DNA of 32,000 nt from an archaeon (GTDB lineage: Archaea > Asgardarchaeota > Thorarchaeia > Thorarchaeales > Thorarchaeaceae): assembly GCA_024275415.1 (NCBI GenBank), contig JAJRZD010000005.1:30001-62000 (forward strand), written 5' to 3'. The position numbers and the translations under genes were made by a program. Shown here in pieces: positions 1-9,340 of the stretch (position 1 is its first letter; each line of letters opens with the position of its first letter). The notes under the pieces are model-generated. The model had not been told where the DNA came from. It searched no databases and was given only the letters and a program-made list of their open reading frames with translations.

Positions 1-1
1 G

Positions 2-175
2 AATGTCATCCTATGCACACGGCTGGCGACTAAGACTGCTGAGAACCGTCTTGGATGTATCTCTGTACGTGACCCTCAGGACGGACTCGATGTCATAATG
101 CGACTAACCGGAACCAACCCTAGCATTCTCTTATTGCCCAATGCTCCATTTGTGAATCCGATTGAAAACGTCTGA
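2..175 (+). CDS. 3' end of a gene entering from the left edge; possibly the C-terminus of a lactate racemase (LarA)-family protein
   Basis: Not in the ORF track. The frame from nt 2 is open to TGA 173-175: NVILCTRLATKTAENRLGCISVRDPQDGLDVIMRLTGTNPSILLLPNAPFVNPIENV*. The pattern (VIL..., QDGLD, P-ILLLP) resembles remembered LarA C-termini. The family call is weak. Confidence 0.4.
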   Translation, partial: NVILCTRLATKTAENRLGCISVRDPQDGLDVIMRLTGTNPSILLLPNAPFVNPIENV

Positions 176-186
176 CACGATGTTTT

Positions 187-630
187 CTATTTCTTCTTTT
201 TTGAGGTGGTCTTCTTTGTCTTAGCCTTTGGTTTTGCAGGGGTTTTGGTCTTGGGTTTTGCCTTTGTCTTAGTTTTCGCCTTCGACTTGGTGGTACTCTT
301 CTTCTTCTTCTCGGCTTCTCTCTCTATCTCTTGCTCATCCATAAGGGCGTCCACAGCATCGAGAGCTTCTTTTGCTTCAGACTCCGAGAAACCCTCAAGA
401 TCCCCTGGCTTTCCAATCCTGATTGTCACTATCGCGTTCTCTCCGCGCGGACGCATTTCCCAATACATTTCCAATCCAGGCTCATCTGACATGAATTGTC
501 CCAGCATTTCGGTCCACGCGTTCTTCACGTCATCAATGTTCGTGTACAAGAATTCCATGAGAGGGATTGATATCTCGACGTTCAGGACCTTTCCATCGAC
601 TATGTGATAGTTCTCAATGTCCCAAGGCAT
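187..630 (-). CDS. Hypothetical protein: acidic ~100-aa domain plus a 40-aa Lys/Thr/Ala/Pro-rich tail
   Basis: ATG 628-630, TAG 187-189. The last 40 residues contain 21 Lys. It lies on the same strand as the giant gene, 68 nt downstream of it. Confidence 0.75.
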   Translation of the reverse strand: MPWDIENYHIVDGKVLNVEISIPLMEFLYTNIDDVKNAWTEMLGQFMSDEPGLEMYWEMRPRGENAIVTIRIGKPGDLEGFSESEAKEALDAVDALMDEQEIEREAEKKKKSTTKSKAKTKTKAKPKTKTPAKPKAKTKKTTSKKKK

Positions 631-698
631 TTCAATGTCCCTTCAGGATAATTGGCTGCAAGACCAATTGATAAGTGTTCTTTGCTCGGTTTGTCCAT

Positions 699-3600
699 CT
701 ACTCTGAAACATCATCTTTCTTGTCTTTCTTGAGAAGCGACTCCACCTCTGCAATGAATTCATCCTTCGGATCCACTCTCTCTTTTTGTTCGGTTTTCTT
801 CCTTTTCTTGGCAGGTTTTTTCTTTGCTGGTGCTTCGTCCGGCTCAGAGATAGTGTCTGCTTCAATCTCTTCGTCAAGAGTGGTCTCTTCTGATTCGGGG
901 ACTGTCGTAGCTAGTTCCATGTCATGAACATCGGTCAATCCCATGCCCTGTCGTTGTAATATCGTATGGATACCGATGGGTGTGATGATCCCTTTCTCAG
1001 CCATGCTCATGAAAATGTCCAGAACTTCCATTTCTGACTTGTTGAGCAGGTTGGCCACAGGAGCAAGATAGTCTTTCACCTCAAACTCGGTCTGGTCACC
1101 AAGAGAGGCTTGGACATACTTGAACACCCTCATCTCATCCTTCTCTCCCTTGACTGAAGGGTTAAGGGTGTGAGGAATCATCATTTGATAGTTCAGTACT
1201 GTGTAGAGATTTGACACGATCCATTCGGGGTTGAAACAATCGACCAGTCCAGTCCACTTGGCTAGGTCATTCTTGTACTGTGACTCGAAGAGTTCGACGA
1301 AGAACTGCAAGCGGTCTCGTACCTCCTGAGTGATGCTAGAGTCACCAATCAATATCGCAAGGCAGTTCTCTCCTACCCTACTGTTTAGAATGAGGCCCTG
1401 ATAGTTGATTTCCTCAAGAGTGCCCATCTCGCCATTCTGTTTTATCTCACCATACATACTTGTTATGGCAGAGATGAACCCACTGATGAGGTCTGCCTGT
1501 ATCCTCGACTCACCAAAGGGGTGGTAGAAAAGGCATGTCCCTCGACCTCTGTAGACTATCATAAAGTGTCGTAGTGATGCGAGGATGTTGAAGTAGTCAT
1601 ATTGTGCCTTTTTACTGGCGAACATCTTTGCGCGGGACGCCCTGCTTCGTTTGGCCAATAACACTCCTGCAATAAGTCCCCCTAGCATCAAATAGAACAG
1701 TGGGTTATAGAATAGTGATAGTATCTGTATCACCATAACGCCAACTGGGTCTGCTATCACTTCTCGTGTGAGTGTACTTGTGGACATTGGCCACAGGTCA
1801 CGCCTCCCGTGGTACTTTACTACGACGGAAACGGAGGTGGCAGTGCCTTCTTCTTCTGGGACGACATAGCTGAGTTCAGCGACCCCGTTACTGTCCGTGA
1901 CACGGCTCAACGTGACGGTCAGGTTGTGGTCGTCCTCGAAGGTGACAGTGATGACGAACTCCACGGTCTCGTCTTCTAGGGGCTGCTGGACCCCGTCGAG
2001 CAACGTCGCTCGGATGACGATGGGTGCGTCCCTGACCACGTTCCCCACATACTCTACCGACAACGTGGGTGTGCCCTTCTCGTCCACGGTCAGCACCGCA
2101 GATGCAGTCCCTTCGTCACAGCCCTCTGCCACAGCTGAGAATGCGACTACGTACACTCCTGGGGAGTTGGTGATGTGGTAGTCGAGGTAATAGGTCTCGT
2201 CACCCTCCGAATAGGACATCTGGTAGGAAACACCGTCGATCGTGACGTTGACTGTCCCCCAATAGACAGGGAGGTCTCTATCAGAGTCGGTGAAGGTCAC
2301 TACGAACGTGATGGTCTCGTTCTCGTACTCGGTGTAGGTACTCTCTGAGGTGAGGGAGGTATGCAGGGCACGTACAATGATACCTGTGTCTATGACTTGG
2401 GAAGAGTAGTTCTCCTTGGAGAGGGTGAAGGTCAACGTGTGCGTGTCCAGCGACAGCATGACCGCGCTTATCGTGAAGGTGAACCTCCCAGCCACGGGCT
2501 CGGAATACGTGAGTGCTGACCCAGACCATGAGAACGACTCCCCGCTCGGGTCTATTAGTCCGTCCGTGTGGTCGTTGACGTACTCCACAGTGATCTCGAC
2601 CGTCTGGTTGAGGTACAGCACATCCGGGATAGTGTTCTCTGTGAAGACTAACCTCGTGGGGATGGGTTCAACGGTGAGCGATACCTCGCTCTTGAAGACC
2701 ACGTACCCGTGAGTGTAAGCAGAGATGTTACCGTCCAGCGTGGTGACCCCAAGCTCAGAACCCGTGAAGTTGAGGGTGTACGTCCCGTTACCTAGATCCG
2801 TAAGGGGGTGCACAGCCGTGCTGGTGGTCAGGTTCACCTGCATCCCTGGGAGGTAGTTGGAGTCAGTGTCCTGCATGGTAAGCCTGAGCTCGACCCATCC
2901 ATCATAGTAGATGGTCTGTGTGTCGAACCCACCGATGACTGTAATGACCTGTCCAGAGGTGGGGGTCTCTATGACCTCCACGGTGACCGTGAACGTGCGG
3001 TTGATACTGCCGTACCGCCACGTCCATACCTCCATCTGGTATGTCCCCAGCCCGTCCTGCCCGTCGAAGAGGAACTGATAGACCCCTGCACCGACATGGG
3101 CAAGGACATAGTCCGTACTCATATAGGTGGCATTGACAAGGGCATCCGTGATAGGCTGTCCGAAAGAGTCTAACACTGTCACGTCCAACGTCTGCGTGTG
3201 GGTGTAGTATATCTGGGTGGTCGTCCATGATGGCGTCACAGAACCACTGTCTATGACGATATACAATGTGTCTACTTGCCTTCCGGTGTCGTACCCTGTC
3301 TTGTTAGCCATGACCGTGGCGTTCCACGTGCCCAGCCCTATCGCTGAGGCGTCAAGGGTCAGGTGCCAACGCTCGTCTGTTGCCGAGTAGGTGAAGTCGT
3401 ACACGGTCGTGGTGTTGACGTACAGCCTGACTGTTGCCCCAGGGATGGGTAAGCTGTCGAAGGTGTAGATGACAGAGATGTCCACGGTCTCGAAATAAGT
3501 CGCGTTCAGGTCTGATGGGGAGATCCAGTCCACGTAGAACGTGTTCGGTGCGATGGTGATGTTGAGACCTGAAGTGGTGTTTGTCTGTCCCACATAACCG

Positions 3601-6020
3601 AACGACCACGCACTAATAGATGCAGAGTATGTCCCGATACCAATGTCCTCCCCTGGGATAGTGATGTTCCATACCGTGCCCGTATAGGTCAGGTCGTAGG
3701 TCACACCGTCAATGGTCACGTTCACCACCGCAGAGGGCACGTCTCCCCCGCCATAGGCGTAGTCCACCTGGAGGTTCAGGGAGTCCGTGTATATTATCGT
3801 CACGTTGGATGGTGTCCATATGACAGTCAGTGGTGACGTTGGCTCCTTGTGGATGGTCAGGGCCTGTGTGTCGTCGAACCTCGGGACATGTTCGGCCCTC
3901 GATGCAGAGATGTTCAATGCGTGGGTGGCAAACCCGAGCCCGTCAGTCCCGTTGAACTGGACCCAGTAGAAGCCCGCAGGGTCGTACTGTAGTGTCCACG
4001 TGGTCGTGTAGTCAGTGACTGTGACGAGGGCGTTCTGGACGATGGTGCCGTTGGCATAGCTGTATTGCACCGTCAGGTTTGTGTTCCCGATATAGCTGAT
4101 GTTGTCAGTGTTGGACCATGCCACCACGAGGGGTAACGTGTCATAGGTCAGGGTCACGTCAATGGTGATGCTCTGGTTCTCGATAGCGGACCCGCTCCCG
4201 TTCACCCTCACTTGATAGGTTCCAGCAGAGTAGCCTGTTGTGGAGATAGTGGCTGTCCACGTGCCGTTGTTGAGGTCAGTCATCCCTGTCCATGTCCCTC
4301 CATCGAAGGAATACTGGACTATGACCCCTGCGTATGATCCGTCTATCCCCTTCGGTGTGAAGGTATCGTCAAAGTCCACCCTGACCTCGAAGGTGCTGTC
4401 AGTAAAGGCGTCTATTGTCGGGTCTGCCGGGGTCAACGTCGTGGGGTAGAAGACCACGAACTCCTTCGTCAAGTACCCAGCCTCCGTGCCGTTCGTCCAA
4501 TAGACCTCGATGCGGTAAGTCCCGTTGTTGGACGTGTCGAGGTCAATGTCCCATGTGTAGGACGTAGCACCGTTGGTGACGGACTGGTTTGCAGGGTTAT
4601 ATACCACGGATGTAGAGTCCCAGATGGTGAGGTTCGTAGTCCCAGACGTGGCATTGGTCAGCGTACCGTCTTGGATGGTGTTAGTGATGAGGAGGTTGTC
4701 AGTGATGCTCACCGTGTCCAGTGATATGATCCCTGTGACGTAGTTCGGTGCGGTGGACACCAGTGACCACGTGCCGTTGCCCATGCTCGACACCAAGACA
4801 GTGTTCCCATCAAGCAGGTATGTGGTGTGGTTGGTAGGGTCTGTCCCGTTGTATAGCCCAGATGTGGTCCAGTCGTCCTGCTTGGTGAGGTTGAGGTATC
4901 TGCTCTGGGACTGGCTTGGATATGACACAACAGTGGTCAGGTTCCACATCACGTCGCCCCCGCTCACGGGAACGTCCCACACTGACTGTGCAGGAACGTC
5001 TTTCCTGTACCACAACGTGAGGTTGTGGTATATCCCGACGGACTGGTTGGAGTCGAAGGCGATGGAGGAGATGTTGGTGGGGCTCGTCCACGAAACACTG
5101 TTCCCACTGAGAGGGGTGCCGTTCGCACGCAAAGAGACCTCAGCGGGCTGGAACACCATCGGGAGGTTCGAGGACTGGTCCCAGGGCACGTAGGTGTAGT
5201 TCAGCAAAGCCTCGTACGCTTGGTTCTGGCTCCATGCATTTAGCTCTCTCGTGTAGAACCTCGTTTGGAACGCCCCTGTGGAACTCTCGGAGTTCCAGAT
5301 TATCATCGGGAACGCTGGACCACTCTTCTGCAAGGCGTTCCCGTCGATCAGGGCATAGTAGGTGCTGTCCCCCGTGAGGTTAGCGAGGGCTGTTATCGTC
5401 GTCCATACACTGCTACCTTCGTACACTAGTGCCTGTGGGCTGGTGACGTTGGAGGAGGAGAGGGCGTAGTCAGAGCGGACGACGAAGTAGGCATCCCCAT
5501 AGAGGGACGGATTATAAGTCGGTGTGCTGTGGAAGACGGAGTAGTTCAACAGGAGCCCGTCGTGGGGCTGGGCGTAGAAGCCCTGTGCGAGCTGCGTCAC
5601 GTTGGAGAGTGTGTCTTCCCTGATGTAGAAGTTCTGGGTCTGGTCGATGCTCCCGACGACCTCCCTTTCCACGATGGCGGTGAGGTTGTCTATGGTCATG
5701 TCCGCCCTGTACAGCGTCCAGCCTGCCATGTGGAACTGGGTGAGGTCCACTGTCCCGTTGTGCTGTGCGGTGCTGGCGTAGCTGTTCGTGACGGTGAAGG
5801 TCTGCCCTGTCACTTCCCGGGAGAAGTGCTGGACAGCTGTGGATGTGTTACCTTGACCGGAGGCCGAGGAGATAGAATGCACCGAAATGGCGTCCATCTC
5901 GATCACTTCACCATTTGAATCATTGAATAACGACAGTTCTTTGGGTTTGTCTGCAAGAGGAGTGCTCAGAAGAATGAGAAGACACAGTGCTAGTACAGGC
6001 AAGATGGTTTTCTGGTTCAT
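699..6020 (-). CDS. Giant type-I membrane protein: signal peptide, N-terminal domain, about 9-10 Ig-like repeats, one TM helix, cytoplasmic longin domain, winged helix, acidic/basic tail
   Basis: The ORF track starts at 6095, but ATG at 6020 has GGAGG 10 nt upstream and begins a signal peptide (MNQKTILPVLALCLLILLSTPLA). Thr/Val/Tyr-rich ~100-aa beta repeats (e.g. TDLNNGTWTATI, TDLGNGTYTLNF) carry many NxS/T sequons. TM: LFYNPLFYLMLGGLIAGVLLA followed by KRSR. Longin motif: GTCLFYHPF...DLISGFISAITSMY. Confidence 0.9.
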   Translation of the reverse strand: MNQKTILPVLALCLLILLSTPLADKPKELSLFNDSNGEVIEMDAISVHSISSASGQGNTSTAVQHFSREVTGQTFTVTNSYASTAQHNGTVDLTQFHMAGWTLYRADMTIDNLTAIVEREVVGSIDQTQNFYIREDTLSNVTQLAQGFYAQPHDGLLLNYSVFHSTPTYNPSLYGDAYFVVRSDYALSSSNVTSPQALVYEGSSVWTTITALANLTGDSTYYALIDGNALQKSGPAFPMIIWNSESSTGAFQTRFYTRELNAWSQNQAYEALLNYTYVPWDQSSNLPMVFQPAEVSLRANGTPLSGNSVSWTSPTNISSIAFDSNQSVGIYHNLTLWYRKDVPAQSVWDVPVSGGDVMWNLTTVVSYPSQSQSRYLNLTKQDDWTTSGLYNGTDPTNHTTYLLDGNTVLVSSMGNGTWSLVSTAPNYVTGIISLDTVSITDNLLITNTIQDGTLTNATSGTTNLTIWDSTSVVYNPANQSVTNGATSYTWDIDLDTSNNGTYRIEVYWTNGTEAGYLTKEFVVFYPTTLTPADPTIDAFTDSTFEVRVDFDDTFTPKGIDGSYAGVIVQYSFDGGTWTGMTDLNNGTWTATISTTGYSAGTYQVRVNGSGSAIENQSITIDVTLTYDTLPLVVAWSNTDNISYIGNTNLTVQYSYANGTIVQNALVTVTDYTTTWTLQYDPAGFYWVQFNGTDGLGFATHALNISASRAEHVPRFDDTQALTIHKEPTSPLTVIWTPSNVTIIYTDSLNLQVDYAYGGGDVPSAVVNVTIDGVTYDLTYTGTVWNITIPGEDIGIGTYSASISAWSFGYVGQTNTTSGLNITIAPNTFYVDWISPSDLNATYFETVDISVIYTFDSLPIPGATVRLYVNTTTVYDFTYSATDERWHLTLDASAIGLGTWNATVMANKTGYDTGRQVDTLYIVIDSGSVTPSWTTTQIYYTHTQTLDVTVLDSFGQPITDALVNATYMSTDYVLAHVGAGVYQFLFDGQDGLGTYQMEVWTWRYGSINRTFTVTVEVIETPTSGQVITVIGGFDTQTIYYDGWVELRLTMQDTDSNYLPGMQVNLTTSTAVHPLTDLGNGTYTLNFTGSELGVTTLDGNISAYTHGYVVFKSEVSLTVEPIPTRLVFTENTIPDVLYLNQTVEITVEYVNDHTDGLIDPSGESFSWSGSALTYSEPVAGRFTFTISAVMLSLDTHTLTFTLSKENYSSQVIDTGIIVRALHTSLTSESTYTEYENETITFVVTFTDSDRDLPVYWGTVNVTIDGVSYQMSYSEGDETYYLDYHITNSPGVYVVAFSAVAEGCDEGTASAVLTVDEKGTPTLSVEYVGNVVRDAPIVIRATLLDGVQQPLEDETVEFVITVTFEDDHNLTVTLSRVTDSNGVAELSYVVPEEEGTATSVSVVVKYHGRRDLWPMSTSTLTREVIADPVGVMVIQILSLFYNPLFYLMLGGLIAGVLLAKRSRASRAKMFASKKAQYDYFNILASLRHFMIVYRGRGTCLFYHPFGESRIQADLISGFISAITSMYGEIKQNGEMGTLEEINYQGLILNSRVGENCLAILIGDSSITQEVRDRLQFFVELFESQYKNDLAKWTGLVDCFNPEWIVSNLYTVLNYQMMIPHTLNPSVKGEKDEMRVFKYVQASLGDQTEFEVKDYLAPVANLLNKSEMEVLDIFMSMAEKGIITPIGIHTILQRQGMGLTDVHDMELATTVPESEETTLDEEIEADTISEPDEAPAKKKPAKKRKKTEQKERVDPKDEFIAEVESLLKKDKKDDVSE

Positions 6021-6368
6021 AGGTTTGCTTCCTCCATTGTCACCTTTGTTAGTCCCCTGTATGTATCGTGATGGTTGTTCGTGTGTGAAGGGCATATACT
6101 AAATCTATCCAATGGACAAAAATCGCACATCACGATATTTCTTTTGCATTCTCTTATATCATTGTTTAGGGGGAAGGTTCTCATATGAATACCTCAAGTA
6201 GAGGGGTGCCATTGCGATGCTATAGAGCTGTGATGGCAACCGGTTTCCGTGGTTTATTACTCCAACCAGAATGGAAATTGAAGATATATACGTATCTCAA
6301 TTAGCATGCATTCGATTAATCGAGCTGTTGGGATGGACGACCATTCGGTTTTACATCTAGTTAGTGGT

Positions 6369-6887
6369 TCATGTGTAGTACGATGGACCCGCTTCATCCG
6401 ATGAGGGAGGTGTAAGTGCTGGACTTCCCACGACCTCATTTAGTATTGCAATCACCATATCAACTGCTCCGTGTACTCTCCGCATCGTCCGCCACAACCT
6501 GTCATCTGAGAAGGCATCATCATACAATCGGTCTGACACCACGAAGCCTGGTCCCGGAGGTCCTTGTCCTTTTGGCTGGCCAGGTTTCGGCTGTATGAAC
6601 CCAAGGATGATTCCTTGCTGGAAGCTGAACTTGAGGGCTTTCATCTGGAATTGCTTCATCTTCTCTGGAGTAAGTACCTTGAGGTGCTGGGGCGAGATCA
6701 TGACTTGGGACTCGACTTGGATATACCGTTGCTCATTGGGTCTGACCACTGTAAAAAAGAAGCGCATGTATTTTACTTTGAACAAGAATTCCGCTCGTGC
6801 ATTCGAGATGCTTTCGACCTTGACCCCTTCATTAGAGAACCAGTTCTTCACTGAGTTCTTGACCATCTCTGACATATCTTCACTCAT
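6369..6887 (-). CDS. DUF2299-family conserved archaeal protein
   Basis: The pattern VKNWFSNEG...AEFLF...VVRP...ISPQH...RLYDDAFSDDRLWRTMRRV matches the remembered DUF2299 profile. Confidence 0.7.
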   Translation of the reverse strand: MSEDMSEMVKNSVKNWFSNEGVKVESISNARAEFLFKVKYMRFFFTVVRPNEQRYIQVESQVMISPQHLKVLTPEKMKQFQMKALKFSFQQGIILGFIQPKPGQPKGQGPPGPGFVVSDRLYDDAFSDDRLWRTMRRVHGAVDMVIAILNEVVGSPALTPPSSDEAGPSYYT

Positions 6888-6942
6888 TTTCGCACACTCA
6901 GCCTATTGTCTGAACTCTGGGCTACCACTTAATGGTTGTGTT

Positions 6943-7758
6943 CTACTCTCGCATGAACTGGATTTGGTCGTATCGCTCAGGAACCCTGTCCTGCCAGCAT
7001 GTGATTTGCTCTCTCACATCCGATATCATTGAAGTATCCCCTTTATTCACAAAGACCGCCACATCGCTGTTTATACGAGTTCGTCTTACTCCCCATGGAT
7101 CAACGAGCTGGCTGTGTCCGAAGTAGGTCTTCCCATCGAAGCCAAAGCCTACCCTATTCACCGCGGCAAAATACACCTGATTCTCGATAGCCCGTGCCAT
7201 GACCAGAGTGTCCCAGTGTTGTGATCTTGGATCCGGAAATGCAGCGGGCATTATGATCAGTTCAGCACCGTTGGTGGCAAGGCTCCTTGTCAATTCAGGG
7301 AAACGCACATCATAGCAGATTTCCAGTCCTACCTTGATTCCTCCAGCGTCCATGACGACTCCGGTATCGCCCCCTTGAAAAGTATTCTTCTCGTCTTGGA
7401 ATGGGTGCAGTTTCCGATATGTAGCGACAAGATTCCCGTGAGGGTTAGCAACCATGAGGGTGTTGAAGTACTTCTCACCAGCTGATTCGATGTCAGTGGC
7501 TACGACATACGCAGAATGCTCTTCAGCGACCTGCTGGATGAAATCGCTTGTAGCGCCCAAGATTCCCGGCCCTGCTCTTTCATAGTCGCTGTATCTGAAT
7601 CCTATTGCAAAGAGCTCAGGTAGTATGATGAACTCGCGATTGGCCGAAGTCTTATGTTGCGCAAGCATCTCCTTTGCCAATCGAAAATTCTCTTCTCTGT
7701 TCCCTTCCTTGCACGGCATCTGAACAAGTGCAACGCTGAAGTCCAAGGAATCACCCAT
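6943..7758 (-). CDS. Carbon-nitrogen hydrolase (nitrilase superfamily, Nit/omega-amidase-like)
   Basis: Intact Glu-Lys-Cys triad: LPELF, YRKLHPF, EICYDVRFPE; also ARAIENQ and HSQLVDPWG. Start set to ATG 7756-7758; the track uses an upstream GTG. Confidence 0.92.
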   Translation of the reverse strand: MGDSLDFSVALVQMPCKEGNREENFRLAKEMLAQHKTSANREFIILPELFAIGFRYSDYERAGPGILGATSDFIQQVAEEHSAYVVATDIESAGEKYFNTLMVANPHGNLVATYRKLHPFQDEKNTFQGGDTGVVMDAGGIKVGLEICYDVRFPELTRSLATNGAELIIMPAAFPDPRSQHWDTLVMARAIENQVYFAAVNRVGFGFDGKTYFGHSQLVDPWGVRRTRINSDVAVFVNKGDTSMISDVREQITCWQDRVPERYDQIQFMRE

Positions 7759-7887
7759 CAATAACGATGCCACCACTACATCATAAGGCTTATCTTCATC
7801 ATCTTATGAGGCGTAATCGTCTTAGCTCGCACGGACGTGTTGCTTGTGGTCAACGAAGTGAATACTGAGCCTGAAGGTAAACATGAT

Positions 7888-8160
7888 ATGCCCACGACTT
7901 CTTACTCAAAGCCCTCGATTGGTGCTACTGGTAAGACCGGAAGCTGGCGTATCTTTGAGCCGCGTATCGATTATGAGAAGTGCAACCGTTGCAGAACATG
8001 TTGGCTATTTTGTCCCGAGGCCACAATCTCTGTAGATGAAGATGGCACACCGCATATCGATTATGATTATTGCAAGGGTTGTGGTATATGCGCCCAAGTA
8101 TGCCCGCCGAAATGCATCGATATGGTACGAACTGGAGAAGCCTTGGAGGTCGAAACATGA
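7888..8160 (+). CDS. porD: Pyruvate/2-oxoacid:ferredoxin oxidoreductase delta subunit (2x[4Fe-4S])
   Basis: KTGSWR..P, CNRCRTCWLFCP and CKGCGICAQVCP. ATG at 7888; the stop overlaps the next start (ATGA, 8157-8160). Confidence 0.93.
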   Translation: MPTTSYSKPSIGATGKTGSWRIFEPRIDYEKCNRCRTCWLFCPEATISVDEDGTPHIDYDYCKGCGICAQVCPPKCIDMVRTGEALEVET

Positions 8161-9335
8161 AGACTGAATTGATGAGTGCAAACTATGCAGCTGCGAGGGC
8201 TGTCATGTCTGCTAGGGTCGAGGTGGTTGCTGCATATCCGATCACTCCTGCCACTACGGTGCCCGAGCAGGTGGCATACCTGAACGAGAAAGGACTCTGG
8301 AATGGACAATTCATCAGAGTGGAATCTGAGCACTCTGCGATGTTCGCCTGCATTGGAGCCAGCTCGACCGGGGCACGAGCTTTCACAGCCACATCCTCCA
8401 ATGGATTGCTTCTCATGCATGAGGCATTGCATTGGGCCACTGCTGCAAGACTACCAGTTGTTCTTGCAAATATAAACCGGTCAGTTTCGCCAAGTTGGAA
8501 TATCCATGTGACCCATGATGATTCGATGTCACAACGTGACACAGGCTGGATACAGTTCTATGTTGCAAGCGTGGACGAGTTCTATCATACAATCATCCAA
8601 GCATTCAAACTTGCAGAGGACGAGCGGATTCTTCTCCCTGTCATGGTAAACGCGGATGGTTTCGTTCTTAGTCACACCGTGCAACCCTATGATTATCTGG
8701 AACCCGAGGAAGTTGACAAGTTCCTCCCGCCCTACAATCCCCCTCACTGGACAATGGATCCAGAGAATCCTGTTTCTCATGGGAACATTGTCTTTCCAGA
8801 GTTCTATCAAGAGTTCAGGAACCAGATGCATGAGGCGGGCAAGAATGCATTGATGGTCTATGAGGAGATCGAACAGGAATACAAGAAGTTGTTCGGGAAG
8901 TATTTTGGTGGTCCCATTGACTGCTACAGGTGTGATGATGCAGAAGTGATATTCACATCTCAAGGTTCGATGGGTGCTGAAGCCAAGGATGCTGTTGATG
9001 AACTCCGGCAGGAAGGTTACAAGGTGGGAAATGCCCGTATCAGGATGTTTCGTCCATTCCCAGTTGATAAAATAAGAGAACTCGGGTCGAAAGTCAAGGG
9101 GATAGCCGCCTTTGATAGAGGCGTTTCCTATGGGTTCGGAGGACATGTTGCTAGTGAGATTCGTTCTGTCATGTACAATACTGACCATCGACCAATGATT
9201 AAGAGCTATATTGGAGGTCTCGGTGGAAGGGACATGACTGTGAAAGACATCAAGGAAGTGATCTTAGATATGGTCAAGGCTGTCGAGAGTGGAGAAACAG
9301 GTGCCGAAGAAACTTGGCATGCCCTAAAGGAGTGA
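8157..9335 (+). CDS. porA: Pyruvate/2-oxoacid:ferredoxin oxidoreductase alpha subunit
   Basis: AAYPITPAT, VESEHSAM, ATSSNGLLLMHE, IGGLGGRD. True start is ATG 8157, coupled to the porD stop. Confidence 0.95.
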   Translation: MKTELMSANYAAARAVMSARVEVVAAYPITPATTVPEQVAYLNEKGLWNGQFIRVESEHSAMFACIGASSTGARAFTATSSNGLLLMHEALHWATAARLPVVLANINRSVSPSWNIHVTHDDSMSQRDTGWIQFYVASVDEFYHTIIQAFKLAEDERILLPVMVNADGFVLSHTVQPYDYLEPEEVDKFLPPYNPPHWTMDPENPVSHGNIVFPEFYQEFRNQMHEAGKNALMVYEEIEQEYKKLFGKYFGGPIDCYRCDDAEVIFTSQGSMGAEAKDAVDELRQEGYKVGNARIRMFRPFPVDKIRELGSKVKGIAAFDRGVSYGFGGHVASEIRSVMYNTDHRPMIKSYIGGLGGRDMTVKDIKEVILDMVKAVESGETGAEETWHALKE

Positions 9336-9340
9336 TGAGA

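Noticed and set aside
1897-5918. Many 60-150 aa ORFs overlapping the giant gene, and similar ones over por, ABC and hppA genes
   Set aside because: These are shadow frames, expected where third positions are GC-rich and off-frame stops are scarce.
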